From contig CACOAW010000007.1 of the NCBI GenBank assembly GCA_902625325.1, positions 16,262-80,261 on the forward strand: 64,000 bases of DNA, written 5' to 3'. Source of the DNA: an uncultured Candidatus Poseidoniales archaeon. Its GTDB lineage: Archaea; Thermoplasmatota; Poseidoniia; Poseidoniales; Thalassarchaeaceae. Position 1 is the first letter of the stretch, and each line of letters opens with the position of its first letter. Under the pieces are notes generated by a model. The model made no database searches, was not told the DNA's origin, and worked only from the letters and a program-made list of their open reading frames with translations. A program made the translations under genes and the position numbers. Below are positions 1 through 10,196 of the stretch, one piece after another.

Positions 1-1
1 C

Positions 2-511
2 CCACCTGGAACTGGTGATGAACCATTGACAGTTAGTCAGAGCCTCCCGGGGATAGATGGCGTAGTAATCGTGACAACCCCTCAAGAAGTCGCCCTCCTA
101 GATAGTAGGAAGTCGATCAACTTCGCCAAAACAATCTCAGTTCCGGTCCTGGGAGTTGTTGAGAATATGAGCGGCTATACTATCAGAGGGAAATCCGAAC
201 CCAACTCTAAGATTTCAATAATGGGCCCGGGAGGGGTGCCAATTGACTGCCAACCAGACAATGACGGAAGGTGGGAAGTCACTCTCGATGTCTTCAAGTC
301 AGGCGGAGGAGAAGAATCATCCAGAGAATTGGAGGTCCCATTCTTAGGGTCACTCCCTTTCGACCCCGGAATAGTAAGAGGAGGAGATGATGGAGTGCAT
401 CGAATCATCGCAGAGCCGGAAGGAGAAACAGCCAAGGCATTCAAATCGATAGTAGAAGGAATCGTTGAGCAACTCGAAAAGGACTCACAACGTTCTCTAA
501 GGATTATCTAA
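2..511 (+). CDS. Mrp/NBP35/ApbC-family Fe-S cluster carrier ATPase, C-terminal part (5-prime end lies outside the window)
   Basis: The reading frame is open to the window edge. Translation from base 2 gives PPGTGDEPLTVSQSL, followed by VVIVTTPQEVALLDSRKSINFAK and VLGVVENMSGY, which are typical Mrp/ParA-type motifs. Confidence 0.8.
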   Translation, partial: PPGTGDEPLTVSQSLPGIDGVVIVTTPQEVALLDSRKSINFAKTISVPVLGVVENMSGYTIRGKSEPNSKISIMGPGGVPIDCQPDNDGRWEVTLDVFKSGGGEESSRELEVPFLGSLPFDPGIVRGGDDGVHRIIAEPEGETAKAFKSIVEGIVEQLEKDSQRSLRII

Positions 512-564
512 GGACTAATCCTTGCGTCGAATTGATGACGTAGTCACAGTCCCAAGAGTCCGTA

Positions 565-2658
565 ATGGTTGCTGAAACAGGCATCTACATCACCTGGGTG
601 ACAGGTGCTATTCTAATCAGCATAGCAATGATGCCTCTGTTCAAGCCCCAATTCGCAAGGATCAGCCTGGACGGATTCATCGATATGTTCAGACGATATT
701 GGGCGCACATGATTGTTGTCTTCTCGGTCTACCTTTGGAAAGACCTACTTGACGGCCTAGACAGGATATTGATGGCTAACACTCAGCTAGATATGACTTT
801 CTTAGTTTATGCGATAGAAGGTGATGCTTCCTTATGGGTTCAGGAGGGGCTCAGGAACGATGTCTTGGACGTAATTATGACTCACTTCTACGTCATGGGA
901 TTCATGACGGCAACCTTCTCATCATTCATTTATCCGATCTACTTTGATGATAGGCACATGGCCGACAGAGTCTCTCTTTCCATGTTCTGGGTGTACATAA
1001 TTGCAATACCATTCTACCTGTTCCTGAATGTCAAAGTTACAGGGAATTATATCCAAGGCATGGAAACTATAGCTTATGACTTGACACCCGAAATTCATAA
1101 TTGGTTCAATAGAATTGATCCATTCACAAATGGGATGCCCAGTCTCCACATCGGACTACCGTTCGCGATTTGGCTAACCATGCACAGATGGGATGAGGAT
1201 GGAAGATGGAATAGGTTCCGATTCTTCCTCATCATTTTCATTGCCCTGACCTCTGTGGCGATAATATATCTCGGAATCCACTGGTTCGTAGACATAATCG
1301 GAGGAATGGTGGTCGCCATTCTCGCTGTAAACATCACTTCAAGAACACATGAGCCAATATGGAGATTTGCCGATGAGAGACTCTTCACAAGGAGACTAGC
1401 TCGTGCATTGGATAATCCGAGAGGATCGATAAGGAGCACCCTAAACTCACTTACAAGCTCTCTTGATCCAATAAAAGAACCAGGAAAGAATCAGACAAGC
1501 GCAATCATTCTGGCACTAATCCTTCTGACAGGATCAGTTCTATTGTGGGATGTCACTCATCAGAAGATATCCATCGACGAGGCTGAATCCCCTACATCGG
1601 CCTCTGGTTCGGGAGAATGGTTGATTTGGATTGAGGAATCTGGTCAGGATGTTTCTATTACGGCTACCAACGTCATATCAAAAACAAATAGAACATTGGG
1701 AGGAATGACATGGGAAAGTACACCCCAAGTCGTCTCTTCGGGGAACAATTTCGTAGTCTATGATGAATTTAGAGTCGACTACTTTCGTCATGACTCGGGG
1801 ACTGGTACACTCGAACCAATTTTCAGCGAGCCTTCAGCAGAATCCCTGATCGATATTTCTATTTCCTCAGTTTCCAGTGATACTGAATACATAGCGATGC
1901 TTTCCAATGAGAGTCTGAGAATAGTGGACACTAGTGATCGATCTACCAGAATTCTAGAGTCCGCATCCAACTCCTCGGTAATCGCCTCTTCGGGTTCACT
2001 AGTGGCATTTTCTGAGAACTCCCCCTCTGGCCCTATGGTAAACATAACATCGGTAGACTCTGATTTGACGCTAACCATCCTATTGGACCCTCGTTCGTCA
2101 GATAGAATAGAGGAGTCAATCAGGAACTCTGGTGCGTTGCTAGATTTCGGGAACTCCACTATAGTTGAACTGGTAATGGACTCGAATTGGCTCGTCGCGA
2201 CTGTAGATGTCGGTCCCTTCAGTAGGACAATCATAGTTGACACGTTGTCGATCAATCAGACTTTGATTTCTAACCCTAGGTGGGACTCCTCCTCTCCCAG
2301 TATAGGGGAGGGGAAGGTTGCATTCCTCCAAGTAACTAGAGATGACATTATCTCTACATCTCAAGACTCACTTAGGAACAATGACGTTTACGTCTACTAC
2401 ATCGAATCTGCAGAGACTAGGCAGCACACCTTCGACGATGATGTTAATCAGTTTCAACCTCAGATATTGCTGGACCGACTAGCCTGGATAGAAGTAAATG
2501 ACCAAGGAGGGAAGCAGTTAATGGTATACTCTTTCATTGATACAATAGAGCCCCGCAACTCACTTCTCCTACAAGCTTCGATACTAGCTATGATTCCGCT
2601 CATTTTCTTATGGACTCTCCAGTCATATGGGGCCAAGATAGTCACTCAGCGAGTCTGA
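565..2658 (+). CDS. PAP2-superfamily (lipid phosphatase/phosphotransferase-like) polytopic membrane protein fused to a roughly 380-aa Ser/Thr-rich extracytoplasmic domain and a C-terminal TM anchor
   Basis: The N-terminal half has multiple hydrophobic segments with PSLHIGLP and HWFVDIIGG, which resemble PAP2 C2/C3-like motifs. The C-terminal half is hydrophilic and ends in the hydrophobic segment LLLQASILAMIPLIFLW. Confidence 0.5.
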   Translation: MVAETGIYITWVTGAILISIAMMPLFKPQFARISLDGFIDMFRRYWAHMIVVFSVYLWKDLLDGLDRILMANTQLDMTFLVYAIEGDASLWVQEGLRNDVLDVIMTHFYVMGFMTATFSSFIYPIYFDDRHMADRVSLSMFWVYIIAIPFYLFLNVKVTGNYIQGMETIAYDLTPEIHNWFNRIDPFTNGMPSLHIGLPFAIWLTMHRWDEDGRWNRFRFFLIIFIALTSVAIIYLGIHWFVDIIGGMVVAILAVNITSRTHEPIWRFADERLFTRRLARALDNPRGSIRSTLNSLTSSLDPIKEPGKNQTSAIILALILLTGSVLLWDVTHQKISIDEAESPTSASGSGEWLIWIEESGQDVSITATNVISKTNRTLGGMTWESTPQVVSSGNNFVVYDEFRVDYFRHDSGTGTLEPIFSEPSAESLIDISISSVSSDTEYIAMLSNESLRIVDTSDRSTRILESASNSSVIASSGSLVAFSENSPSGPMVNITSVDSDLTLTILLDPRSSDRIEESIRNSGALLDFGNSTIVELVMDSNWLVATVDVGPFSRTIIVDTLSINQTLISNPRWDSSSPSIGEGKVAFLQVTRDDIISTSQDSLRNNDVYVYYIESAETRQHTFDDDVNQFQPQILLDRLAWIEVNDQGGKQLMVYSFIDTIEPRNSLLLQASILAMIPLIFLWTLQSYGAKIVTQRV

Positions 2659-3736
2659 ACATCTCATCTAGGCTCCTAGAGGCTCGTCTTATCGTATCCT
2701 CTGGGATATCCACAATCTGGTCGGCAGTGGGATCCATCAGTGCCTGTAGTATGTCCTCCAACTGAGTCTTCTTCATGTGCCTGCACATTACGCAGGCACC
2801 CATCAGATTCAGGTTGTCCTCAGTCTCAGCCAGAACCCTGTCTGCCGTGCCGCATTCAGTGATTAGCATCATGTCCTTCTTTCCTACGCTTGCAAGTCTG
2901 ATAGCCTCGTTCATCAACAACTCGCTACTACCTACAAAGTCACTTTCTTCCAGCACTCCCGAGTCACACTCTGGATGACTGAGAACCACAAGGTCGATTC
3001 CGTTCTCAGCCATGCTCCTTTTCCAATTTCTTATCTTGGGGCCAGTAAACTCTGCATGGACCTCGCATTCTCCTTCGTACAGAATAACTTCCTTGCGACC
3101 TTGGAGTGACTGCTGAAGATGCCTTCCCATGTACTTGTCCGGTACGAAAATCAACTTGTCTCCAGGGAGTCTTTCGCAGATTCTGAGATAATTGCCACTG
3201 GTGACGCAAACGTCGCACTCGGCCTTAACAGCAGCACTGGTGTTAATGTAGCAAACCACTGGCACTCCAGGATTCTCGTTTTTTAATCTGACTACGTCTC
3301 CCGCCTCAATGCTGTCACTCAGTGAGCAGCCTGCATCTGGAGATGGATGCAATACGGTCTTCTTGGGACTAACTATCTTTGCAGTCTCTGCCATGAATCT
3401 GACGCTTGAGAAAAGTATGGTCTGCTGACGAGCATCTCTTGCTTCCTTTGAAAGGGCGTAACTATCCGCTACTGAGTCTGCTACCCCGTATGTGATGTCA
3501 GGGGTCTGATAAGAGTGGGCAATTAGGAAAACATCCTTCTCTTTCTTTAATCGATTTATCTCTAGAGTCAGAGGGGCCAGTGACTTGCAGATTTCGATAC
3601 TCCATCTCATCGGCTGCTTGATTGCATATTGAAGCCTTATTGCCTCTTTCTCTATCTCTGAATCGGAGTACCCAAAAGTTCCCAAGAAAACTCTCGGGAT
3701 CGGGGCCGCCGGCATGTCCAGAACCATATAGACCAA
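2642..3736 (-). CDS. nadA: Quinolinate synthase A
   Basis: Full-length resemblance to NadA: FLIAHSYQ, VRFMAETAKI, CYINTSAAVKAECDVCVTSGN, SHPEC and LITECG. The exact start among the N-terminal Met codons is uncertain. Confidence 0.85.
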   Translation of the reverse strand: MVYMVLDMPAAPIPRVFLGTFGYSDSEIEKEAIRLQYAIKQPMRWSIEICKSLAPLTLEINRLKKEKDVFLIAHSYQTPDITYGVADSVADSYALSKEARDARQQTILFSSVRFMAETAKIVSPKKTVLHPSPDAGCSLSDSIEAGDVVRLKNENPGVPVVCYINTSAAVKAECDVCVTSGNYLRICERLPGDKLIFVPDKYMGRHLQQSLQGRKEVILYEGECEVHAEFTGPKIRNWKRSMAENGIDLVVLSHPECDSGVLEESDFVGSSELLMNEAIRLASVGKKDMMLITECGTADRVLAETEDNLNLMGACVMCRHMKKTQLEDILQALMDPTADQIVDIPEDTIRRASRSLDEMFRLAE

Positions 3737-3785
3737 TCAATCGTCGGAGTGCAACCGCTTTCAACTCATCTGGTGTCCGATTAGC

Positions 3786-4448
3786 ATGGAGTGTCCGGAG
3801 ATCCCAATTTGGAAGCCCGAAATTGTACTTCACGAGGGGGCTGAGGCAATCGTTACGGCTGGTTCTTGGCTCGGTAGGAGGGCCGTACTAAAGCACCGCA
3901 GGCCTCGAAGATATCGACATCCCGACCTGGATAGAAGGCTGACACGTCAGAGGATGGCAGTAGAGGCCAGAGTCCTATCCAGGTTATCTGCTGCCGGATT
4001 CCCCTCGCCTAGTCTGATGCTAATGGAACCGGACGAATCGAAAATGTTGCTGTCCAGGATCGAGGGAAAAGCCCTGTACGACGTCCTGAAATCAGAAGAA
4101 TATTCTGAAGATATTCTACATTCCCTCGGAGGATTGATTAGGAGATTGCATGAGATGGGAATCTCACATGGAGATCTAACCACTCACAATGTAATGGTCT
4201 CAGAAGATGATTTACATTTAATCGACTTCGGACTTGCTCGACAATCTCCCGAATTGGAGCATTTCGGACTCGATCTACAAGTCCTCAGGGAGTGCTTGGG
4301 CTCAAGTCACACAAACATACCCGATGCAATCGAAAGAGTTTGCCAAGGTTACATGGATTCTGAGTGCCAAAATAGCGATTCAGAGAGTGCTATCAATGTC
4401 ATCGAGAGATTTCACAAGATTGTGGGAAGGGTCAGATATCACGGGTAG
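3786..4448 (+). CDS. bud32: Bud32/PRPK-type Kae1-associated small protein kinase (KEOPS subunit), stand-alone form
   Basis: GAEAIV at the N-terminus, a RYRHPDLDRRLTRQR stretch, and the catalytic loop HGDLTTHNVMV followed by LIDFGLA. Length is about 220 aa. Confidence 0.8.
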   Translation: MECPEIPIWKPEIVLHEGAEAIVTAGSWLGRRAVLKHRRPRRYRHPDLDRRLTRQRMAVEARVLSRLSAAGFPSPSLMLMEPDESKMLLSRIEGKALYDVLKSEEYSEDILHSLGGLIRRLHEMGISHGDLTTHNVMVSEDDLHLIDFGLARQSPELEHFGLDLQVLRECLGSSHTNIPDAIERVCQGYMDSECQNSDSESAINVIERFHKIVGRVRYHG

Positions 4449-4457
4449 GTTGGAATA

Positions 4458-5051
4458 ATGAGAGTTCGTTTTGTCACAGGTAACCAAAATAAGGTAACCG
4501 AAGCGTCCGACATACTCTCTCCGCTGGGTTTTGTTATCGAGCAGTTATTGATCGGAGGAAAGGTCCCAGATATAATCGAGCCACAGGCAGAAGGAATTGA
4601 GGAGATTGCTAGATCTAAGCTGGAACAAGCCATTTCCCTGACAACGGGTACAGAATTCGAGAATGAGGTATTACTCGTTGAGGACTCCGGTCTATTCATC
4701 GACTCTCTTTCGGGCTTCCCGGGGCCTTATTCCTCGTTCGTGCATGAGACAATCGGATTGGCCGGGATACTAACTCTGATGTCAGGACAGACAGACCGGG
4801 ACGCAGAATTCAGGGCTGTTTCAGCAGTCTCCTTCCAAGGAAATATACTGACCTCCGCAGGGGTATGCAGAGGTGTTATTTCAGAAAATATATGCGGTAA
4901 TCTTGGCTTTGGCTATGACCCCATTTTCATCCCGGAAGGAGCGAATGGGAGAACATGTGCCCAACTCTCTCCTAATGAGAAATCAGCCATCTCGCATCGT
5001 GGATTCGCTCTAAAGGGAGTTTCCGAACTCCTGAATCTCCCGTCAAGGTGA
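4458..5051 (+). CDS. rdgB: Non-canonical purine NTP pyrophosphatase (HAM1/RdgB/ITPase family)
   Basis: FVTGNQNK, FGYDPIF and SHRGFA motifs. Length is 197 aa. Confidence 0.85.
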   Translation: MRVRFVTGNQNKVTEASDILSPLGFVIEQLLIGGKVPDIIEPQAEGIEEIARSKLEQAISLTTGTEFENEVLLVEDSGLFIDSLSGFPGPYSSFVHETIGLAGILTLMSGQTDRDAEFRAVSAVSFQGNILTSAGVCRGVISENICGNLGFGYDPIFIPEGANGRTCAQLSPNEKSAISHRGFALKGVSELLNLPSR

Positions 5052-5079
5052 ATAGAAGCACTCCTCCTTGGACGAGGTA

Positions 5080-5976
5080 ATGGTCACCGCCACCAGACTC
5101 CTCCTGTTCGTAATGACCGCGGTGTCAATCCCAATTTACCTTGTTTTCATAGTCCCCGAGGGACTTCTAATGCAGGTCGCAGGAGCGGTTCTAATTCTCC
5201 TCCTAGTCTCGATGATTCTTTTCACAGGCAGGCGTCCAATACCTTCCGTGGTCAAGGAGAGCCAAGTCGTCCTCGATGGCGACTCAACTTTCGGAGACAT
5301 CGAACTCCCTGCACCGGTCCTTTCTGAAGAGAAAACCGGCGAAATCAGGGATTCAAAGATTCGAAGGAGCAGAGGTAGGCAAAAAGGTCCAGAAATTACA
5401 GACCTGCCAATGCCTCAATCCATGCCTGAACAGTCTCCCTCCATTTCCATGGATGCTACTGATTCCTCCGATTTCCTAGTGGAAGATGCGGGGGAAACTG
5501 CCAGGGTCCATATCGCGAAAGCAGACCCCGAGCTTCAGGCAGAAGCTGAGGTCGATCGGTACCTAGACCAGCAGAGGCAGAGGAGGGAGATTTTCAGAGA
5601 GAGGCTACACAAGGAAAGGCGCTTGGAGATGTCCAAGAGAGTGGCGGAAGAAGCTGGAAAGTGGACGGAAGTAGAGGATGGTGAAGACCTCTCGACTCTG
5701 ACTAGTATCCCAGGACACGGTTTGGCTGTGATGTACGAGCCAGAAGAGCCCGATGCCTCTATCCCTCAGGGAATCGCATACGTCAGAATCGATGACGAGC
5801 GGGTTCTAAAGATCCGTGTATCATTGGATGCTCCCAGAGGTGTGCAAGCTGATACTGATGAAATCCAAGACCAGGAATTAGAGGGCGAATTCCCTCTCCC
5901 CGCTTCTCCTCAGGGGATGCCGATTCCACCGCCTCCTATCCCCGATCTACCACCTCCGGTCGGGACAGATGACTAG
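5080..5976 (+). CDS. Hypothetical membrane-anchored protein with a charged coiled region and a Pro-rich C-terminus
   Basis: A long ORF with two N-terminal hydrophobic segments, an acidic/basic middle section and a PIPPPPIPDLPPPV tail. No recognisable family. The start could be TTG at 5068 or ATG at 5080. Confidence 0.45.
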   Translation: MVTATRLLLFVMTAVSIPIYLVFIVPEGLLMQVAGAVLILLLVSMILFTGRRPIPSVVKESQVVLDGDSTFGDIELPAPVLSEEKTGEIRDSKIRRSRGRQKGPEITDLPMPQSMPEQSPSISMDATDSSDFLVEDAGETARVHIAKADPELQAEAEVDRYLDQQRQRREIFRERLHKERRLEMSKRVAEEAGKWTEVEDGEDLSTLTSIPGHGLAVMYEPEEPDASIPQGIAYVRIDDERVLKIRVSLDAPRGVQADTDEIQDQELEGEFPLPASPQGMPIPPPPIPDLPPPVGTDD

Positions 5977-6017
5977 TCAAGTGATACGTTGAAGCGATAC
6001 GACCCGTTCGGGGTTGC

Positions 6018-6854
6018 ATGGCTCAAGATGTAATGACCGTAGAGGACGTTGAGGTCGATGGTTCCAATCCCAAGGGAGGAATCATTTCGGTCTGGACACT
6101 AAACAGACCAGACAAACTAAACGCCCTGAATACAGAATCACACAAGGCGATCAAGAAGGAATGTGCTAGGGTAAATTCAGATGATAATGTCCGTTGCATA
6201 GTTATCAAAGGAGCCCCTCCTCTGGAACCAAGGGAGGGAAAGAGACCCAAGCCACACGCATTCGCAGCCGGCGCGGATATCTCTGAGTTCGCTGGTAAGG
6301 ACTCTGATGACGTACGTCCATTCTTCGAGGACAATGCATGGGAGGCAGTTTGGAACGTCTCTAAGCCAACAATAGCAATGGTCGATGGATTCGCACTAGG
6401 AGGGGGGACGGAACTGGCGTTATCATGCGATATCAGACTCGCTTCAGAGCGATCAACATTCGGTCAGCCCGAAATCAACCTTGGCCTAATTCCCGGAGGA
6501 GGAGGGACTCAAAGGCTATGCAGATTGGTAGGATACGGGAAAGCCATGGAGATCGTTCTCTCAGGCGGCATGGTGGGTGCAGAGGACGCGCTAAGTATGG
6601 GAATAGTCAACAGGATTGTACCTAACAATGATCTAGAAGAAGAGACTATGAGGCTAGCTACGGAGATTTCCAAGAAGTCCCCACATGTCACGAAGGTAGC
6701 AAAACGAGCAGTAAGGGGTGCCTTGGAATTACCGTTCTCCGAAGGGATATTGATGGAGCGCTCTGAGTTTGTCGCCCTTTTCGATACTGAGGATAAGGAG
6801 ATTGGGGTCACGGCATTCCTAGAGAGATCCGATGCAGAATGGGTAGGAAAATAA
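6018..6854 (+). CDS. Enoyl-CoA hydratase/isomerase (crotonase) family protein
   Basis: AFAAGADISEF and VDGFALGGGTELALSCDIRLAS are the crotonase oxyanion-hole motifs. Confidence 0.85.
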   Translation: MAQDVMTVEDVEVDGSNPKGGIISVWTLNRPDKLNALNTESHKAIKKECARVNSDDNVRCIVIKGAPPLEPREGKRPKPHAFAAGADISEFAGKDSDDVRPFFEDNAWEAVWNVSKPTIAMVDGFALGGGTELALSCDIRLASERSTFGQPEINLGLIPGGGGTQRLCRLVGYGKAMEIVLSGGMVGAEDALSMGIVNRIVPNNDLEEETMRLATEISKKSPHVTKVAKRAVRGALELPFSEGILMERSEFVALFDTEDKEIGVTAFLERSDAEWVGK

Positions 6855-6858
6855 CTCC

Positions 6859-7440
6859 TCAACTAAAGCTGCTTGAGATCAACCCGATTGAATCGGACTC
6901 CTTGGTGGGGTCAATAATCAGCCAACCAAACTCAGATCCGAATAGAACTAGCTCCTCCTGAATTTCCCTAATCCGATCCAGGTTATCGAGATAGTGGTCC
7001 ACTCTCTTACCGTTGTGCTTTTCTCTGTTAGCAATCATTCCTCGATGCCTCTCCTCGCTGGAGACATAGAGAACAACCCCGATAGCCACTCCTCCATCCT
7101 CTCTCCAGAGGTCAATCACCTCTTTGTTTGGGACATAATGAACTCCTTCCAGAAGCAAGTCAGCCCCCTTTGAGATGGATCTGTCTATCACTGCCACAAC
7201 CCCCTCTGAGAGAGCCTGAACCGTTTCTTTCCAATCCTCCGAAGCCGAACCCCCAGCCGACTCAAATGAGGAACGATGTAGGGCAGGACTAGCAGTCGAT
7301 GATATCTGGGTCCTCAGAACCTCTCGAATTGTGTCCGTGGACACAATTTTTGCAAAGCCAAGAGAGGATGCCAGACTTGCAGACATAGTGGACTTTCCGA
7401 CCCCGCTGGTCCCACTGATAATCAATAGTCTTGGGACCAA
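6859..7440 (-). CDS. P-loop kinase, 2-phosphoglycerate kinase-like
   Basis: Walker A motif ISGTSGVGKST followed by VSTDTIREVLR. Size and layout resemble archaeal 2-PGK (COG2074-like). The family assignment is from memory only. Confidence 0.5.
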   Translation of the reverse strand: MVPRLLIISGTSGVGKSTMSASLASSLGFAKIVSTDTIREVLRTQISSTASPALHRSSFESAGGSASEDWKETVQALSEGVVAVIDRSISKGADLLLEGVHYVPNKEVIDLWREDGGVAIGVVLYVSSEERHRGMIANREKHNGKRVDHYLDNLDRIREIQEELVLFGSEFGWLIIDPTKESDSIGLISSSFS

Positions 7441-7448
7441 TCAATCAC

Positions 7449-8906
7449 CTATCGCTGAATTGATTTGATCTCGAGGAACTCCTCCATTCCGTGGACCCCT
7501 AACTCTCTCCCCAATCCCGATTGCTTGTACCCCCCAAAAGGAGCAGTAACGTTGAACGCGCCACCATTAATGCTAACCTGACCAGTCCTCAGCATCTTGG
7601 CTACTCTCATAGCTCTCTCCTCATTACCTGACCAGACCCCTCCAGATAGCCCATATTCAGAGTCGTTTGCTAGCTCTACTGCCTCCTCCTCTGAGGAGTA
7701 TGAGGTGATGCACAGAACAGGACCGAAAATCTCCTCTCTGAATATGGTCATATCCGGGGTGACGTCTGCGAAGACTGTCGGCTTTACGAAAAATCCAGAC
7801 CCAAGCCCATCTGGCATCCCCTCGCCTCCTGCGACTAGAGTGGCCCCTTGTTCGATTCCGCTAGAGATGTACGAAGAAACACTCTCCTGCTGCCTCTTGG
7901 AGACCAGTGGGCCACATTTGCTGGACTCATCCGTGGGATCTCCAACAGTGTACCTCTCGATCTTGTTTGAGATCACCTCCACAACCTCGTCTCTAGAATC
8001 CTCTGGCACCAGAAGCCGGGTAAGGGCCGAGCACTCCTGGCCAGAGTTGCCGAAGCATGAGTAAATCGCCGAAGTTGCTGCTCGTTGGATGTCTGCGTCA
8101 TCCAGTATAATGTTCGCACTCTTTCCTCCCAGTTCCAGTGTCACTCTCTTCACGCTTGGTGCCGCCAGTTCCGAGACCCTAATTCCAGCACTTGTAGATC
8201 CCGTGAAGCTGACCATATCCACCATTGGATGACTACACAAGGTCTCTCCAATGTCTCTCCCGTGACCCGAAATCAAATTGAAAACTCCATCGGGAAGGCC
8301 TACATCATCTAGGATATCTGCTAGAAGGAATGCATTCAATGGCGCCTCCTTGGATGGCTTCAGAACCATTGTGCAACCCGCTGCTATAGCAGGCGCCACC
8401 TTTCCGATTATCTGGTGCAGGGGGAAGTTCCACGGGGTAATCATAGCGACCACCCCTATCGGCTCCTTGATAACGAGAGAGTTCCTTACCTCTTCCTCCC
8501 AGACGTATCCGTCCAGGATCTTCGCATAAGACCTAGAAACAACCCTCGGAGTCCCCACCATCGCCATCCTGGAGTACCCTATAGGGGTCCCTACCTCTGC
8601 AGTAATTATCTCGGCTAGCTCCTCGCTTCTGTCCTTGATCAAGCTCGAAATCCTGTTTAGAAATTCTACTCTCTCGCTAACCTCGGTTGTCGACCAATCC
8701 GTGAATGCTGACCTAGCAGCCTCTACAGCAGCATTAACATCTGAATCGCTGGAGACTGGTACGGAACCAATCACCTCCTCATTGGTCGGATTGATTACCT
8801 CGATAGAACCCTCTCCAGTGGGTTCTATCCAGTTTCCATTGATGTACAGGCGCCGGCGTTCGTGCATGGTTGACCCAAAATGCGACATCTTATGATATTC
8901 ATGCAA
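7449..8906 (-). CDS. NAD(P)-dependent aldehyde dehydrogenase
   Basis: ITPWNFP, FTGST, LELGGKS and the catalytic-Cys region FGNSGQECSA. The true start may be one of the downstream Met codons. Confidence 0.9.
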   Translation of the reverse strand: MHEYHKMSHFGSTMHERRRLYINGNWIEPTGEGSIEVINPTNEEVIGSVPVSSDSDVNAAVEAARSAFTDWSTTEVSERVEFLNRISSLIKDRSEELAEIITAEVGTPIGYSRMAMVGTPRVVSRSYAKILDGYVWEEEVRNSLVIKEPIGVVAMITPWNFPLHQIIGKVAPAIAAGCTMVLKPSKEAPLNAFLLADILDDVGLPDGVFNLISGHGRDIGETLCSHPMVDMVSFTGSTSAGIRVSELAAPSVKRVTLELGGKSANIILDDADIQRAATSAIYSCFGNSGQECSALTRLLVPEDSRDEVVEVISNKIERYTVGDPTDESSKCGPLVSKRQQESVSSYISSGIEQGATLVAGGEGMPDGLGSGFFVKPTVFADVTPDMTIFREEIFGPVLCITSYSSEEEAVELANDSEYGLSGGVWSGNEERAMRVAKMLRTGQVSINGGAFNVTAPFGGYKQSGLGRELGVHGMEEFLEIKSIQR

Positions 8907-8935
8907 TTCAATAGAGTGGTCCTTGCTCGAGCATC

Positions 8936-9733
8936 ATGCCAGTTTCCACCGACATGCTTGACGGAGGGGTAGCCGTGGTCACTTTGTCTCCAGCTGCCTC
9001 CTCGAACACCTTCTCCCCCGAACACTTCGACCCATTCCTCTCATGCTTACAAGAGGTGATGGCAAATCCCTCTTGTAGGTCAGTAGTTATCACCGGTTCT
9101 GGTCGCTTCTTCTCCTCTGGGGGGAACATGGACGACTTTTCTGATGCAATAGAGAATGGCAATATTGGTGATATAGTTAAGGAGATGACCGATAAGCTAC
9201 ATCCACTTCTCTTGAAGATGAGGACTTCAGAGATGGTTTTCGTATGTGCCATCAATGGGTCAGCAGCCGGAGGAGGACTAGGTTTGGCACTAGCATCAGA
9301 CTACAGAGTATGCTCTCCAGAGGCGAAGCTCGCCTCCGCGTTTTTCCGACTAGGGCTCTCACCCGACGGGGGGATGACATGGTTGCTCCCAAGACTGGTC
9401 GGGAACCAGGTGGCTCGCAAGTTCTTCTTCAACTCCGAAGTTTGGACAGCCGAACAGGCCCTCGATTATGGAGCAGTCGATGAGTTAGCCGACCCCAGTG
9501 CCCTTCTAGATAGGGCCATTGAGGTTGCCAGGGATTGGGGCAAGTGGTCGGTCAGCAGCAGGAAGGGGACAAAGCAGCTGCTAGATGCATCCACTTCTAC
9601 ATTCTTCGAAACCCAGCTGCATTTCGAGCAGTCGCTAATGATTGCATCCTCGCAGACGGCGGACTTCGTCGAGGGGGTCACGTCGTTCAAGCTGAAGAGG
9701 GAACCGTCCTTTGGATGGTTCGAGGAGGAGTAG
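8936..9733 (+). CDS. Enoyl-CoA hydratase/isomerase family protein (second paralog)
   Basis: FFSSGGNMDDF and INGSAAGGGLGLALASDYRV. Confidence 0.8.
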   Translation: MPVSTDMLDGGVAVVTLSPAASSNTFSPEHFDPFLSCLQEVMANPSCRSVVITGSGRFFSSGGNMDDFSDAIENGNIGDIVKEMTDKLHPLLLKMRTSEMVFVCAINGSAAGGGLGLALASDYRVCSPEAKLASAFFRLGLSPDGGMTWLLPRLVGNQVARKFFFNSEVWTAEQALDYGAVDELADPSALLDRAIEVARDWGKWSVSSRKGTKQLLDASTSTFFETQLHFEQSLMIASSQTADFVEGVTSFKLKREPSFGWFEEE

Positions 9734-9734
9734 T

Positions 9735-10196
9735 ATGGTCAGAAGACTGATTGTCATGCGTCATGCTAAGAGCAGCTGGAAAGAACCGAACCTCGATGAT
9801 CACGAACGACCACTGAACAAGAGGGGGAGGCGGGATGCACCCATGGTGGCAGATGCGATTTTCGAAAGAGGTTGGATTCCAGAACTTATCCTCGTTAGTA
9901 GTTCGAAGAGGACTCTCCAGACTCTGGAGGGGATGTCTCACAGGATGGGAAAGGCTCCATTCGAGGTTAGATCGGGAATCTACCATGCAACGGTAATCGA
10001 TCTAATGGAAGAATTGGAAGATATGTTGGATAACGGAACCACCATGATAATTGGGCACAATCCTGGCTCGGAGATTCTTGTGAACCATCTCTCAGGGGAA
10101 TGGCACACAATGCCCACAGCAACCGCAGTATTGTTGATCCACTCGGGCTCATCATGGTCGGTTGAGGACGTCATTCGTCCAAAGGAGATTGCATAG
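9735..10196 (+). CDS. sixA: Histidine phosphatase superfamily protein, SixA-like
   Basis: LIVMRHAKSSW (RHA catalytic motif), RPLNKRGRRDA and IIGHNPG. The ATG at 9735 lies 1 nt after the upstream stop codon. Confidence 0.7.
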   Translation: MVRRLIVMRHAKSSWKEPNLDDHERPLNKRGRRDAPMVADAIFERGWIPELILVSSSKRTLQTLEGMSHRMGKAPFEVRSGIYHATVIDLMEELEDMLDNGTTMIIGHNPGSEILVNHLSGEWHTMPTATAVLLIHSGSSWSVEDVIRPKEIA

